In this document: positions 21,886-32,356 of the stretch, one piece after another
Layout of the letters: every line of letters begins with the position of its first letter
Numbering within the stretch: position 1 is the stretch's first letter
Origin: Gammaproteobacteria bacterium
GTDB taxonomy: Bacteria > Pseudomonadota > Gammaproteobacteria > Eutrophobiales > Eutrophobiaceae
Length of the DNA: 64,000 nt
Direction of reading: 5' to 3'
Assembly: GCA_963422205.2 (NCBI GenBank)
Contig: CAXMWX010000005.1
Coordinates: 224,001 to 288,000 of the forward strand
Program-made: the position numbers and the translations under genes
The notes under the pieces: model-generated
What the model was told of the DNA's origin: nothing
The model's database searches: none
What the model saw: only the letters and a program-made list of their open reading frames with translations

Positions 21886-22241
21886 ATCCCCTGGCGTTGA
21901 TGACCTGCCGCCTGCAAGGCCGCCAGGTATCTGGCAAATAACTGCTCTGCATCTCTGCCCAACTCATACAGATAATCCCAGGTATACAGGCCAGAATCAT
22001 GGCCATCATCAAACACCAGCTTGACGGCATAATTGCCGACTGGCTGTATCTCATCAATATTCACCCCCTCCTTGCCGGTTTGCAGGACGGCCTGCCCCGG
22101 GCTGTGTCCACGTACTTCTGCCGATGGTGAGTAGACACGCAGCAACTCACAATCGAGGGTAAACGTCTGACCATCTTCATAGCGCAGCACAAGCTGCCTG
22201 GATTGCTTTTTTAAGTTGATCGCTACCGGGATCTGGCTCAT
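21882..22241 (-). CDS. DUF971 / gamma-butyrobetaine hydroxylase-like N-terminal domain protein
   Basis: ELLRVYSPSAEVRGH, VGNYAV...FDDGHDSGLYTW. Confidence 0.9.
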   Translation of the reverse strand: MSQIPVAINLKKQSRQLVLRYEDGQTFTLDCELLRVYSPSAEVRGHSPGQAVLQTGKEGVNIDEIQPVGNYAVKLVFDDGHDSGLYTWDYLYELGRDAEQLFARYLAALQAAGHQRQGM

Positions 22242-22256
22242 GTGTTGATGATTCTC

Positions 22257-23579
22257 TTAGAGAATGTAACGACTCAGATCTTCGTCTTTTACCAACGCAT
22301 GCAGATGATCGGCAACATACGCAGCATCCACCATGACCACTTCACCCGAACGTTCAGGGGCATGGAATGAAAGCGATTCCAGCAGGCGCTCCATCACGGT
22401 ATGCAGACGCCGTGCGCCAATGTTCTCGGTCGACTCATTCACCTGACAGGCAATTTCGGCCAGCTTTCGGATGCCATCTTCAGCAAATTCCAGGGTGAGA
22501 CTTTCCGTCCTCATCAAAGCGGCGTATTGCTCGGTAAGCGCAGCATCCGGCTCTATCAGAATACGCACAAACTCTTCCACACCCAGGGCATCCAACTCCA
22601 CCCGGATCGGCAGGCGGCCTTGTAGCTCCGGGATCAGATCGGAGGGTTTGGACAAGTGAAACGCCCCCGAGGCGATGAATAAAATGTGATCGGTCTTGAT
22701 CATGCCATACTTGGTGGTCACCGTCGACCCCTCGACCAGCGGTAACAGATCCCGCTGCACGCCCTCTCTGGAGACATCCGGGCCGCTGACATCGGAACGG
22801 CGAGCAACCTTGTCAATCTCATCGAGAAACACCAGCCCGTTCTGCTCCAGATTCTCCAACGCACGCAGCTTGATCTCATCCTCGTTGATCAGCCTGGTTG
22901 CCTCCTCTTCGGCCAGAATTTTCAATGCCTCCGGCACTTTTAATTTACGCTGCCGCTTCCTGGGGCTGGCCATATTCTGAAACAAGCCCTGCAACTGGCT
23001 GGTCATCTCTTCCATGCCCGGCGGTGCCATGATCTCCACCCCAATGGCAGGCAGGCTCACCTCCACCTCGATCTCTTTATCATCCAGCCTGCCATCACGC
23101 AACATGGTGCGAAACTTCTCGCGGGTGCTATTGGCCGATTCGGTCTGCTCATCCACCGCCCGGGGCGCTGGCAGGAGGATATCCAGCACCCGATCCTCGG
23201 CGGCATCCTCGGCCCGATGTTTGACTTTTTCAATCTCCGCCTCCCGCTCCATCTTCACGGCCACATCGGCCAGATCTCTGATGATCGAATCAACATCCCG
23301 GCCAACATAACCGACCTCGGTAAACTTGGTGGCCTCCACCTTGATAAAAGGCGCATTGGCCAGCTTTGCCAGGCGTCTAGCTATCTCGGTCTTGCCCACA
23401 CCGGTTGGCCCGATCATGAGAATATTCTTGGGTGTGATCTCGCCTCGTAACACCTCATCCACCTGCGCCCGTCGCCAGCGATTACGCAAGGCAATAGCAA
23501 CCGCACGCTTGGCCGCATCCTGACCAATAATGTGCTTGTCCAGCTCGGCAACGATTTCCTTCGGGGTCAACGCCTGCAT
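22257..23579 (-). CDS. hslU: HslUV protease ATPase subunit
   Basis: [37 protein letters not shown]. Confidence 0.98.
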   Translation of the reverse strand: MQALTPKEIVAELDKHIIGQDAAKRAVAIALRNRWRRAQVDEVLRGEITPKNILMIGPTGVGKTEIARRLAKLANAPFIKVEATKFTEVGYVGRDVDSIIRDLADVAVKMEREAEIEKVKHRAEDAAEDRVLDILLPAPRAVDEQTESANSTREKFRTMLRDGRLDDKEIEVEVSLPAIGVEIMAPPGMEEMTSQLQGLFQNMASPRKRQRKLKVPEALKILAEEEATRLINEDEIKLRALENLEQNGLVFLDEIDKVARRSDVSGPDVSREGVQRDLLPLVEGSTVTTKYGMIKTDHILFIASGAFHLSKPSDLIPELQGRLPIRVELDALGVEEFVRILIEPDAALTEQYAALMRTESLTLEFAEDGIRKLAEIACQVNESTENIGARRLHTVMERLLESLSFHAPERSGEVVMVDAAYVADHLHALVKDEDLSRYIL

Positions 23580-23584
23580 ATCGC

Positions 23585-24130
23585 CTAAGTCTCGCCCTTC
23601 AACTCTGCCAGCGTGAGATGGGTATTGGTGTACACGCAGATCTCGGCGGCGATGGTAAGGGATTTTTCAACCACAGCACGGGCAGATAATTCGGTGTTCA
23701 TCAGCAGGGCACGGGCGGCTGACTTGGCAAAGGCACCGCCGGAGCCTATCGCCATGATATTGTCCTCCGGCTCGATCACATCCCCGTTACCGGAAATAAT
23801 CAGCGAATGGTGTTTGTCTACCACGCACAACATGGCCTCCAGACGACGCAGCAGACGATCGGTGCGCCAGTCCTTGGCCAACTCAACGGCAGCACGCATA
23901 AAATGCCCCTGATGGGCCTCCAGCTTCGCTTCAAAGCGCTCAAACAAGGTAAACGCATCCGCCGTCCCGCCGGCAAAACCGGCCAATACCTGATCACGGT
24001 ATAATTTACGCACCTTGTTGGCATTGCCCTTCATCACGGTATCGCCCAAAGAGACCTGGCCATCACCGCCAATCACCACCTCATTCTCACGCCGCACAGA
24101 CAGAATGGTTGTACCGCTGAATTGTTGCAA
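23585..24130 (-). CDS. hslV: HslUV protease peptidase subunit
   Basis: [21 protein letters not shown]. Confidence 0.98.
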   Translation of the reverse strand: MQQFSGTTILSVRRENEVVIGGDGQVSLGDTVMKGNANKVRKLYRDQVLAGFAGGTADAFTLFERFEAKLEAHQGHFMRAAVELAKDWRTDRLLRRLEAMLCVVDKHHSLIISGNGDVIEPEDNIMAIGSGGAFAKSAARALLMNTELSARAVVEKSLTIAAEICVYTNTHLTLAELKGET

Positions 24131-24263
24131 ATCACTCCCCTCACAAACCGTAAAGTCAAGCCATTGTACATCATGCCAACGATGAATTCAGGCGATCAGC
24201 AAAGCTGAAGAGGTGCTTAACGCAAGCTAAGCGATTGCAGATCACCGTCCGGCTCATCGCTGA

Positions 24264-25163
24264 TTAATCTGTCTTTTTGGCGCGCGGGTGGGCCTTGTCA
24301 TACACCTTGGCCAGATGCTGAAAATCAAGATGGGTATAGACCTGCGTGGTGCTGATATCCGCATGCCCCAGCAACTCCTGCACGGCACGCAAATCACCGC
24401 TGGACTCCAGCAGATGGGTGGCAAAAGAATGCCGCAACATGTGCGGGTGTACATGCGTATTTAATCCCTGTTTAACCGCCCATTCACGCAGGCGCACCTG
24501 CACCGTGCGGACACTGATGCGTTTGCCTCTGCGGCTGACAAACAGCGCTGGCTCATCCTCAGCCGCTAACTCAGCACGCCGCACCCGCCATGCCGCCAGC
24601 GCCTGGGCGGCTTTTTTGCCTACCGGCAGCTTGCGCTCTTTGCTCCCCTTACCCAGAACCGTGACCGTCATCTCCGCATGATCAAGGCTGTTAAGATTGA
24701 GCCCGACACACTCCGATACACGCAAACCGGAAGAGTAGATAAGCTCCAGCATCGCCCGATCCCGACAGCCCAGCAGGCTGTCATCATTAATGCTCATCAG
24801 GCGCCCGGATTGCTCGGTGTCCAGGGTGGCAGGCAGGCGCTTCTCCGCCCTGGGCGGGCGCACGCCGCTGGCCGGGTTTTGCGTCAGCTCGCCGCGCGCC
24901 ATGAGGTAACGGTAAAACGCCCGCAGCGCTGAAAGATGACGTTGCAGGCTGCGACCATTAAGGCCCTGGCGGTGTCGTTGGGTGATAAAACCACGCACCT
25001 GATGGCTGTCAACAGCCCGCCAATCGGTCACGGCATGTGCCTGGCAATACTGCTGGAAAAATTTCAGATCCCGTGCATAAGCCTTGCGGGTATGCCCGGA
25101 GAGATGGCTGATGCTGGCAAGAAACTCGGCCAGTTTATCCAGCGCAACCTGTCTCACAGGCAC
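24264..25163 (-). CDS. xerC: tyrosine recombinase XerC
   Basis: YSSGLRVSE, GKG.KER, HPHMLRHSFATH, LGHADISTTQVY; dapF-DUF484-xerC synteny. Confidence 0.95.
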   Translation of the reverse strand: MPVRQVALDKLAEFLASISHLSGHTRKAYARDLKFFQQYCQAHAVTDWRAVDSHQVRGFITQRHRQGLNGRSLQRHLSALRAFYRYLMARGELTQNPASGVRPPRAEKRLPATLDTEQSGRLMSINDDSLLGCRDRAMLELIYSSGLRVSECVGLNLNSLDHAEMTVTVLGKGSKERKLPVGKKAAQALAAWRVRRAELAAEDEPALFVSRRGKRISVRTVQVRLREWAVKQGLNTHVHPHMLRHSFATHLLESSGDLRAVQELLGHADISTTQVYTHLDFQHLAKVYDKAHPRAKKTD

Positions 25164-25219
25164 ACCGGGCAGAGTGAAGCCAGCATCAGCAGAACGGGTG
25201 GGCGCATGTTAATCTGAAT

Positions 25220-25909
25220 CTATTCCTTGTCCTCATCCACCCAGGGCTTGAGGATGAAGGATAACACCTCGGCCATATTGGCCAGCAATTCAACCCCCAT
25301 GCTGGCCTGGAAACGATCATGATCGCAACTGCCGATCGCCATGATGCCGCCCCAGCCATTACCCTGCAAAGGCACCAGCACCGCTGAGGCAATATCATGC
25401 CCTTCATCACCGAACAAAAATCGCTGCTGCTGGTGTGGCAAATCGCCGCTGATCGGCAACCGGTTATCAATCAGGGATTTGAACAGGCCATGTTCGGCAC
25501 CGTCCGGGTCGGCAAATTCCGGGCCGGGCAGTCCATCCATGCACGCCGGTCTGGCAAACAATCGCACCGCTACCTTGTCAGCCCGGAAATGACGACTCAG
25601 GTTATCGTACAGGGTCTTAAAAATAGCCTCTGGATCAGCCGCATCCATCAGCGTCAGGGTCAGGTGATGCATGCGATGCGCCAGTTCTTCATTTTGCTTG
25701 GCAATCTCGATCAACTCATGCAGGCGTTTGCGGGTTTGCTCGTTCTGCTCCCGCAATACCTTGACCTGCCTTTCCACCAGGGAAATCGCATCACCAGAGA
25801 CATGCGGGACTCGTATCTCCGCCAGTAAATCTGGATACCTGTTGAAAAAATCAGGATGGTTGCGAAGATAATCAGCAACACCCTCATGCGTCGTATCAGT
25901 CATTTGCAC
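25220..25909 (-). CDS. DUF484 family protein (YigA-like)
   Basis: VADYL..HPDFF, SLVERQV..LR; lies between dapF and xerC. Confidence 0.9.
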   Translation of the reverse strand: MQMTDTTHEGVADYLRNHPDFFNRYPDLLAEIRVPHVSGDAISLVERQVKVLREQNEQTRKRLHELIEIAKQNEELAHRMHHLTLTLMDAADPEAIFKTLYDNLSRHFRADKVAVRLFARPACMDGLPGPEFADPDGAEHGLFKSLIDNRLPISGDLPHQQQRFLFGDEGHDIASAVLVPLQGNGWGGIMAIGSCDHDRFQASMGVELLANMAEVLSFILKPWVDEDKE

Positions 25910-25921
25910 TGCTGTTTATGC

Positions 25922-26758
25922 TCATATCGCTATCTGCCCGGTGTACACCTCGATCGCCGGGCCGATCATCCACACCGGCTCGCCCTCTCCCTGCCATGAT
26001 ACCTGTAAGTCACCGCCTTGCAATGTTACCGTGACCTCATTATCCAGATCGCCGTTCAAGATACCGGCAATCGTGGCCGCACAGGCACCTGTCCCACATG
26101 CCAGGGTCTCACCCACGCCACGTTCATACACCCGCAAGCGGATGCGCTGCCGATCGATCACCTGCATGAAACCCACATTCACACCGGCCGGAAACAAGCC
26201 ATGCCGCTGAATGGCCGTACCCAGCCTCTCCACCTCGGCGCTGGCGGTATCGGCTACCGACAACACCGCATGAGGATTACCCAGAGATAACACCATCGCC
26301 GTAACCTCATCCCCGCCATCGGCCAGTGCAATCGCCACCGGGTTATGCAGCTCGGCAACGGACAACGGTATCGCCTCGGCACGAAAGACCGGGATGCCCA
26401 TGGCGACTTTTACCTGCCCATCGGCCAGCAGCTCGGCCCTGACGATGCCGGCAGCCGTCTCGACAAGCAGCGTTGTATCATCATGCAGCCCTCGATCATA
26501 GAGGTAGCGGGCGATGCAGCGAAGGCCGTTACCACACTGTTCAACCTCGCCGCCATCGGCATTGAAGATACGATAACGAACAGCGGCCTGTTGCAGATCG
26601 CTGGCCTGGAGCAGCAGTAACTGATCACAACCGATACCCAGGCGGCGATCGGCAAGCCGCCTGATCTGCCCGGCGGTCAAGGACAAGGCATTAGCAAAGT
26701 CTTCCAGCACGATAAAGTCGTTCCCCAGCCCCTGCATTTTTGTAAAACAGATATTCAT
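25922..26758 (-). CDS. dapF: diaminopimelate epimerase
   Basis: FTKMQGLGNDF, CGNG.RC, GNPH, ERGVGETLACGTGA. Confidence 0.97.
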   Translation of the reverse strand: MNICFTKMQGLGNDFIVLEDFANALSLTAGQIRRLADRRLGIGCDQLLLLQASDLQQAAVRYRIFNADGGEVEQCGNGLRCIARYLYDRGLHDDTTLLVETAAGIVRAELLADGQVKVAMGIPVFRAEAIPLSVAELHNPVAIALADGGDEVTAMVLSLGNPHAVLSVADTASAEVERLGTAIQRHGLFPAGVNVGFMQVIDRQRIRLRVYERGVGETLACGTGACAATIAGILNGDLDNEVTVTLQGGDLQVSWQGEGEPVWMIGPAIEVYTGQIAI

Positions 26759-26808
26759 ACCAGCCCTATCCCGGCGAGCGCAATCGGTTCAAGCCAACAG
26801 CCAGGCGG

Positions 26809-27900
26809 TCAAGGCTTTACCTCGGGCGCCGATTCTGCCAAGTGCAGAGTCGTGGTCGGAAAGGCACATTCCGCCCCATGCTGTTCAATGATGCGGATAA
26901 TTCGCAACATGACATCTTGCTTGATCTCATGAAAACGTACCCATTCAGTCGTCTTGGTAAACGTATAGACAAAGAAATTGAGCGAAGAATCAGCAAACTC
27001 ATTGAAATTGACGATCAAGGTGGCCTTGCTGTCGATCTCCTCATGGGCGATTAACATGTCCTTAACATCCGCTGTGATTCTCTCCATCTTGTCCATGTCT
27101 TCATAGCGAATCCCCACTATCTCATAGATCCGCCGGTTGCTCATGCGTGATGGATTCTCAACCACGATGGTGGTAAATATCGCATTGGGTACATACAGGG
27201 GACGTTTATCAAAGGTAAGGATCCGGGTCAAACGCCAGCCGATCTTCTCTACCGTGCCTTCAATCTCCCGGTCCGGCGAGCGGATCCAGTCGCCAACAAC
27301 AAACGGCCGGTCCATATAGATCATCAGGCCACCGAAAAAATTAGCCAGCATGTCACGGGCGGCAAACCCAACGGCAATACCGCCCACACCACCAAAGGCA
27401 AGCACGCCGGATATGCTGTAACCCAGGGTTTGCAGGATGATCAGAAACGCCGTGATAACCACAGAAATGCGTAACAATTTGGCAATCGCATCGGCTGTTG
27501 TCAGATCAACCGGCCTGCCGGCCTGTGCACGTTTGCTGATGATGTTTTGCTCGGCACGGGCGACAAAGCGCACCAGAAACCATGCCAGCAATGCAATCAC
27601 ACCCACGCCACGTGCCGGATCAATGATCTCAAAGATGACCGCATCGGATTGGCTTTTTACAATATCGGCGGCAAACAACAAACCCAGCAGCCAGATGAGC
27701 ATACTCAAGGGGCGACTGGCTGCCTCAATTAAGGCATCGTCCCAGTAGGTAGGGGTTCTCCGTAATTGCTCAAGCAGCTTTATCAGCAGGCGTTTTTGCA
27801 ATCGGGCGATCAGCAGGGTACCGAAGACGATAATAAAAATCTGTATCGCCCAGGCTTCGTGCGCGAGAAACCCGGGCAACTTCTCTAACCATTTATCCAT
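26809..27900 (-). CDS. MscS-family mechanosensitive channel
   Basis: TM helices, GIAVGFAA, DRPF.VGDWI, YVPN, FP motif. Confidence 0.93.
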   Translation of the reverse strand: MDKWLEKLPGFLAHEAWAIQIFIIVFGTLLIARLQKRLLIKLLEQLRRTPTYWDDALIEAASRPLSMLIWLLGLLFAADIVKSQSDAVIFEIIDPARGVGVIALLAWFLVRFVARAEQNIISKRAQAGRPVDLTTADAIAKLLRISVVITAFLIILQTLGYSISGVLAFGGVGGIAVGFAARDMLANFFGGLMIYMDRPFVVGDWIRSPDREIEGTVEKIGWRLTRILTFDKRPLYVPNAIFTTIVVENPSRMSNRRIYEIVGIRYEDMDKMERITADVKDMLIAHEEIDSKATLIVNFNEFADSSLNFFVYTFTKTTEWVRFHEIKQDVMLRIIRIIEQHGAECAFPTTTLHLAESAPEVKP

Positions 27901-28867
27901 CAGATAATTTTAAGGAGTCGTGTTCAACCAGGCGGATGTTATAGCCGCGTTTTTTCAGCGAAGCAAGCACGCCATCCGTACCCGGCAAATGCAACACACC
28001 GATGGCGATAAAGGCGCCGCCCTGTTGCAGCCAGGGCTGCATTCTCTGTACCATTTTGGTATTCCGGGCATGCAGCAGACGCACAGCCAAGTCCTCATAC
28101 AAGGTATTATCAGCAAATGAATAACGCTGGCTGTAGCGATACATCGCCTGTAGATCAGCAGATAAATATAAGTCAATCAGCTTCTCAAAATCCTGCTCCA
28201 GCAGATCATAATGACAGACGCTATCGATCAGTAACTGCGCCTGCTCATCCGGTGAATAAGCGGTGAATACATCCGCCAGCTCCAGCATGCTCTCAAGGCC
28301 ATGAACAGCAGCACCGGATTGCTGTGCCAGCACTAGTAACTGCTCATCGAGAATCTGTCTCATGCTGGGCGGATAACTCATGGTCAGATAAGCCCCCCAG
28401 GGGCGCAACTTTGAGATCAGCGCTTCGGGCAAGTGATACGCACCGAGTATCTCAACAGCCCGGCGATAAACGTCCTCCGGGAGATAATCATACAGATAAG
28501 CATCTGCCTGGCTGAAGGACATCAGCATTTGCAGCTGCATGATCTGCTGCGGCTCAGGCAAGGCTTCCATGATGAAAGTATGACTGCCTTGAAGATACGG
28601 CCTGACAGTCTCCAGCGTGGCATCCACCTCATCATCGGCCACATGGATGGTACCAAACAGGTAGTTTGCTTCACGCCCCGGTTTGCTCACCTCCCACAGC
28701 AGGCCGTGTTTAAACTCACCAACGGGCAAGGCGGCCATCGCCTCTACCCGGACCGGACGACAGGCAGGCGAGGTAAACTTATCGGCAAACGCCAGCTCTG
28801 CCGACAGCAGGCAGGTAAATACAATAATCCAATAGCTAGGTAGTAATCTGATCATCATCCAGGTCAC
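27893..28867 (-). CDS. TraB/GumN family protein
   Basis: LLW.V, YLFGTIH, GLES, RN..M, IG..HL.G.DGV. Confidence 0.9.
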   Translation of the reverse strand: MTWMMIRLLPSYWIIVFTCLLSAELAFADKFTSPACRPVRVEAMAALPVGEFKHGLLWEVSKPGREANYLFGTIHVADDEVDATLETVRPYLQGSHTFIMEALPEPQQIMQLQMLMSFSQADAYLYDYLPEDVYRRAVEILGAYHLPEALISKLRPWGAYLTMSYPPSMRQILDEQLLVLAQQSGAAVHGLESMLELADVFTAYSPDEQAQLLIDSVCHYDLLEQDFEKLIDLYLSADLQAMYRYSQRYSFADNTLYEDLAVRLLHARNTKMVQRMQPWLQQGGAFIAIGVLHLPGTDGVLASLKKRGYNIRLVEHDSLKLSDG

Positions 28868-29897
28868 GCTCCGGGGTGATAGTTAATTGTGCCAGTTGCT
28901 CTGCCACTGCCAGGTGGCGCCGGCTGATAAGTAACTGTGAGATGTCCTGCGGCGGGCGACCATGCAGGCGCATGATACGCACTTGGGTGACCGGATCGTG
29001 TTCATAGCGCAACTCATCAAGCACGGTTATTGTCGCCCGATGATTATTGCAGATCAATACCATATCACACCCTGCGGCCAGGGCGGCCTCTGCACGCTCG
29101 GTATAACCGCCCGCCACCTCGGCCCCGGCCATGCTGATGTCATCGCTGAACACGGCCCCCGTAAAGCCCAGTTGCTGACGTAACACATCCTGTAGCCACT
29201 GACGGGAAAAGCCCGCCGGCCTCTCATCCACCGCCGGATAGATCACATGCGCCGGCATGATGGCCGACAACCCCTGGTTGATCAAACGCTCAAACGGCAC
29301 CATGTCCTGCATCAGGATATCCGCATAACAGCGCTCATCAATGGGGGTGATGTGATGGGAATCGGCGGCCACATACCCATGGCCGGGGAAATGTTTGCCG
29401 ACCGCCGTCATGCCAGCCGACCGCATCCCGCACATAAGACGATGCGCCAGATTCGACACCACATCCACGTCACGATGAAATGCACGATCACCGATCACGG
29501 CGCTTACCCCGTAATTCAGATCCAGCACCGGCGCAAAACTCAAATCCACGCCTGCCGCCAGTAGCTCGCTTGCCAGCAACCAGCCGGCCTCCTCACACAC
29601 ATCACGTGCGCGCTGGCAATGCCGGGCATACAGATCACCAAAGCAGGCGGCAGGCGGCAGCCGGGTAAAGCCCTGATGAAAACGCTGCACCCGGCCTCCC
29701 TCATGATCAACGGCGATGAGCAGGCGTGGTTCACGCACGGCATGGAGCTGTGCGGTGAGTGCCTGTAGCTGCGCCGGATCATGGTAATTGCGGGCAAACA
29801 GGATCACCCCGCCGGCCAGCGGATGACATAACAACTCCCGCTCCTCAGCGCTCAACTCCAGCCCCTGTATATCAAACATGATCGGGCCTAGCGACAT
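28836..29897 (-). CDS. nagZ: beta-N-acetylhexosaminidase
   Basis: GGVILFARN, DHEGGRVQR, KHFPGHG...DSH, SDD..M. Confidence 0.96.
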   Translation of the reverse strand: MSLGPIMFDIQGLELSAEERELLCHPLAGGVILFARNYHDPAQLQALTAQLHAVREPRLLIAVDHEGGRVQRFHQGFTRLPPAACFGDLYARHCQRARDVCEEAGWLLASELLAAGVDLSFAPVLDLNYGVSAVIGDRAFHRDVDVVSNLAHRLMCGMRSAGMTAVGKHFPGHGYVAADSHHITPIDERCYADILMQDMVPFERLINQGLSAIMPAHVIYPAVDERPAGFSRQWLQDVLRQQLGFTGAVFSDDISMAGAEVAGGYTERAEAALAAGCDMVLICNNHRATITVLDELRYEHDPVTQVRIMRLHGRPPQDISQLLISRRHLAVAEQLAQLTITPERDLDDDQITT

Positions 29898-30404
29898 GCT
29901 CTGTACCCCCCGTGTTAATCAACAGCAGGATAACGCCATAAACAAACCGTTACAGACAACACGGCGTACTGTCATGACGATGATCATAATATACAAGTGA
30001 CAGATAACGATAAGCAAATGCGGCCAGCGGCAGAGAAAGATATCGTATTACCGCCCGTGCGTGTTATGGGCGGCTGGTTACTTATAAGCCCTCATCGCCG
30101 TATAAAACCGGGTTAGATCAGAAAGCAACAAACCGGTCGGCCATGTCAAGACCCGCCAGGGCCGCAACCCACCAGGGCCGCAACAACGGCACCGGGCGCC
30201 CCTGGAAATGCCAACAAAGCAGTACGCTGCTCTACCGCCCGGACGACTTCTTTGAATTGCTGATTGAGCTGAGTGCACCGAGGGTGCGGGCAGCTATGCC
30301 ATGCAAATAGCAACGACCAACACAGCAGGCAAATGACTTCGCCGATGAGCTGTCAGGTGATCGCATTGGTCACGCCGGGGCGAAGCCGCCGCCTGTCGAA
30401 CAGT

Positions 30405-31961
30405 TTATTCTTTAAGTTGCAGGGCATGGCGCATCACATGGTAGAGATAGTTTTGCTCATGCACGCCGGTCAGCAGGTGCGCCCAGGGGCCGCTGGCAAA
30501 AACGGCCACATCTTCGCCGCCGTGCGTCTCTGAGGATAACGGTATCAGAGACTCATGCACATAGGAGCGGGCGGTTGTATCCGTTGAGGTGAGATCACGG
30601 CGATGCGGCTCTACCCGGCAATACGGCGGCTTGCATACGTGTGCATGTTCTGTTGTCAGACGGCGACCGCCGTTCATATAACCCAGCGTGGTGTAAGGCA
30701 GGCCATCGTCAGCCAGTGCATATAACGGCCAGGGGCCGCCCGATGCTGGCCAGTTGGGTTTCACCTTGCCCAAAATAGGATTGCCCCGAAGCGGATAGCC
30801 GGCGATGGTGAAAACATGACTGTGATCGGCGGTGACGATGATCAGCGTATTGTCGGGATCAACCATGGACAACGCCTGTTTGACGGCATCTGATAATGCA
30901 ATGGTATCGTGCAATGCCAGGTGAGCATTGGCCACATGATGACCATGATCGATACGACCGGCCTCCACCAGCAAAAAATACCCCCGACTGTTACGTTGCA
31001 GGATAGTCAGCGACCTGGCCACCATCTCAGCCAGACCAGGCTCGCCTGCCGCATCATTCGGCCGGTCAACCTGATAGCGCATGTGGCCGGGCTCAAACAA
31101 GCCCAGCAGTTTTTCCACCCTATGCACATCAACCGACTCAAATTGCTCGGCATTCCAGACATACTCCCCCTTAGGGTAACGTCTTTGCCAGGTCTCAATC
31201 AGGTTCTGCCCATCCTCACGTTCGCCCGTCAGCAAAACAGGGTATTCAGGATCGCTGCTCTGCACGGGCAGGAACTTGCTCCGCCCCCCGCCCAGCACCA
31301 CATCCATGCCATCACCATAGGGAAAGTCAACGAATTGCTGTGCTATATCTTTACATCCCTGGCCTATGGCAACGGGCGGCATATCGGCATCCGACTCCCA
31401 TCCACGTTCCGGGGTATGTGCATAGCTTGCCGCCGGGGTAGCATGTGTGATCCTGGTCGTGCTGATGATCCCGGTGCTGTATCCTGCTTGTTCCAAGAGC
31501 TCAAGCAACGTCATCATCTGCTTGCCCCTGGCGCTGCGGCAATCGCCTCGCATCGCTTCCTGATTAACGCTGATAAAACCCGCCCGGGTCTTGATCCCCG
31601 TCATGATAGCCGACATGGTACCGGCAGAGTCAGCCACCTGCTGATCGGTGTTATAGGTCTTGACCAACGCCGTATAGGGCAGCATCTCAAAAGCCAGGCT
31701 GTTCTCCTCGCCGCTCCTGCCCTGTTGCTGGCCTTGCAGAATGCGCGCCGCGGTGATGGTCGATATCCCCATCCCATCACCTAAAAATAAAATAATATTG
31801 CGGGCCGGCCGGGTATTGATTTTCTGCTCAAGCCCCCTCATCAAGGCCGCCTGACCGTGCCGATACCAACTATCAGGGGTTTCATCGGCAAGCAAAAATT
31901 CACCGCCGCCGATAAAAGCAAACATGAACACCGCCAGGCAGGCAACAGGTCTACACATCAT
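30405..31961 (-). CDS. alkaline phosphatase (PhoA family)
   Basis: Signal peptide, IILFLGDGMG, DSAGT, THATPA, EAGRIDHGHH, TADHSH, HGGEDV. Confidence 0.95.
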   Translation of the reverse strand: MMCRPVACLAVFMFAFIGGGEFLLADETPDSWYRHGQAALMRGLEQKINTRPARNIILFLGDGMGISTITAARILQGQQQGRSGEENSLAFEMLPYTALVKTYNTDQQVADSAGTMSAIMTGIKTRAGFISVNQEAMRGDCRSARGKQMMTLLELLEQAGYSTGIISTTRITHATPAASYAHTPERGWESDADMPPVAIGQGCKDIAQQFVDFPYGDGMDVVLGGGRSKFLPVQSSDPEYPVLLTGEREDGQNLIETWQRRYPKGEYVWNAEQFESVDVHRVEKLLGLFEPGHMRYQVDRPNDAAGEPGLAEMVARSLTILQRNSRGYFLLVEAGRIDHGHHVANAHLALHDTIALSDAVKQALSMVDPDNTLIIVTADHSHVFTIAGYPLRGNPILGKVKPNWPASGGPWPLYALADDGLPYTTLGYMNGGRRLTTEHAHVCKPPYCRVEPHRRDLTSTDTTARSYVHESLIPLSSETHGGEDVAVFASGPWAHLLTGVHEQNYLYHVMRHALQLKE

Positions 31962-31972
31962 ACTGATCTCCG

Positions 31973-31993
31973 ATTGGTGCCGATGGCCGGACT
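31973..31993. repeat. island attachment site (distal copy): 21-bp duplication of the tRNA-Leu 3' end
   Basis: ATTGGTGCCGATGGCCGGACT, identical to 60635-60655. Confidence 0.95.
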
Positions 31994-32356
31994 AAGAATT
32001 AGCTTATTAAACAAATATTTATGTAATAAATATCGTAAAATAATCGTAGGTAATGCCTCTTTTGTGACGATTTTAGCACTAATATATATTACTATTATGA
32101 CTATAAATAAAGAATATTATCTTGATTGCGGTACTACACTAAAAAGAGACTAATGATATTGATGATATGTAAGAATAATAGCAGAAGTTCTTTCGGTGCC
32201 AATCGTCCGCTTGATATGATCCAGAGGTTGAATTCAAGGGTAGGGTTCGACAGCTTGAATACACTGTTTGATTAGCCCGTCACCAAATTTTGAGAATGAC
32301 TCGCCTGTTTTCTTTGGGAATCGCCAAAGTCGAAAAGTAGTGAAGGGGTTCACATT

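Noticed and set aside
24264-25163. xerC as a mobile-element integrase
   Set aside because: It sits in the conserved chromosomal dapF-DUF484-xerC-hslVU context.
29898-30404. ~500-bp gap with a 13-bp direct repeat (CCAGGGCCGCAAC at 30156 and 30172) and a CCGCCC/GGGCGG hairpin near 30051
   Set aside because: Only two short copies, and no convincing ORF or recognisable RNA family; too weak to call.
102-31784. Many overlapping 60-290 aa ORFs in the ORF track (e.g. 30909-31784, 14330-15079, 10591-11274)
   Set aside because: They are antisense or off-frame shadows of well-supported genes in GC-rich DNA, with no motifs.
31973-32100. SSV1-style split integrase restored on excision
   Set aside because: Joining the island ends at att puts a TAG in the integrase frame right at the junction, and the distal end is AT-rich non-coding DNA with no integrase N-terminus.
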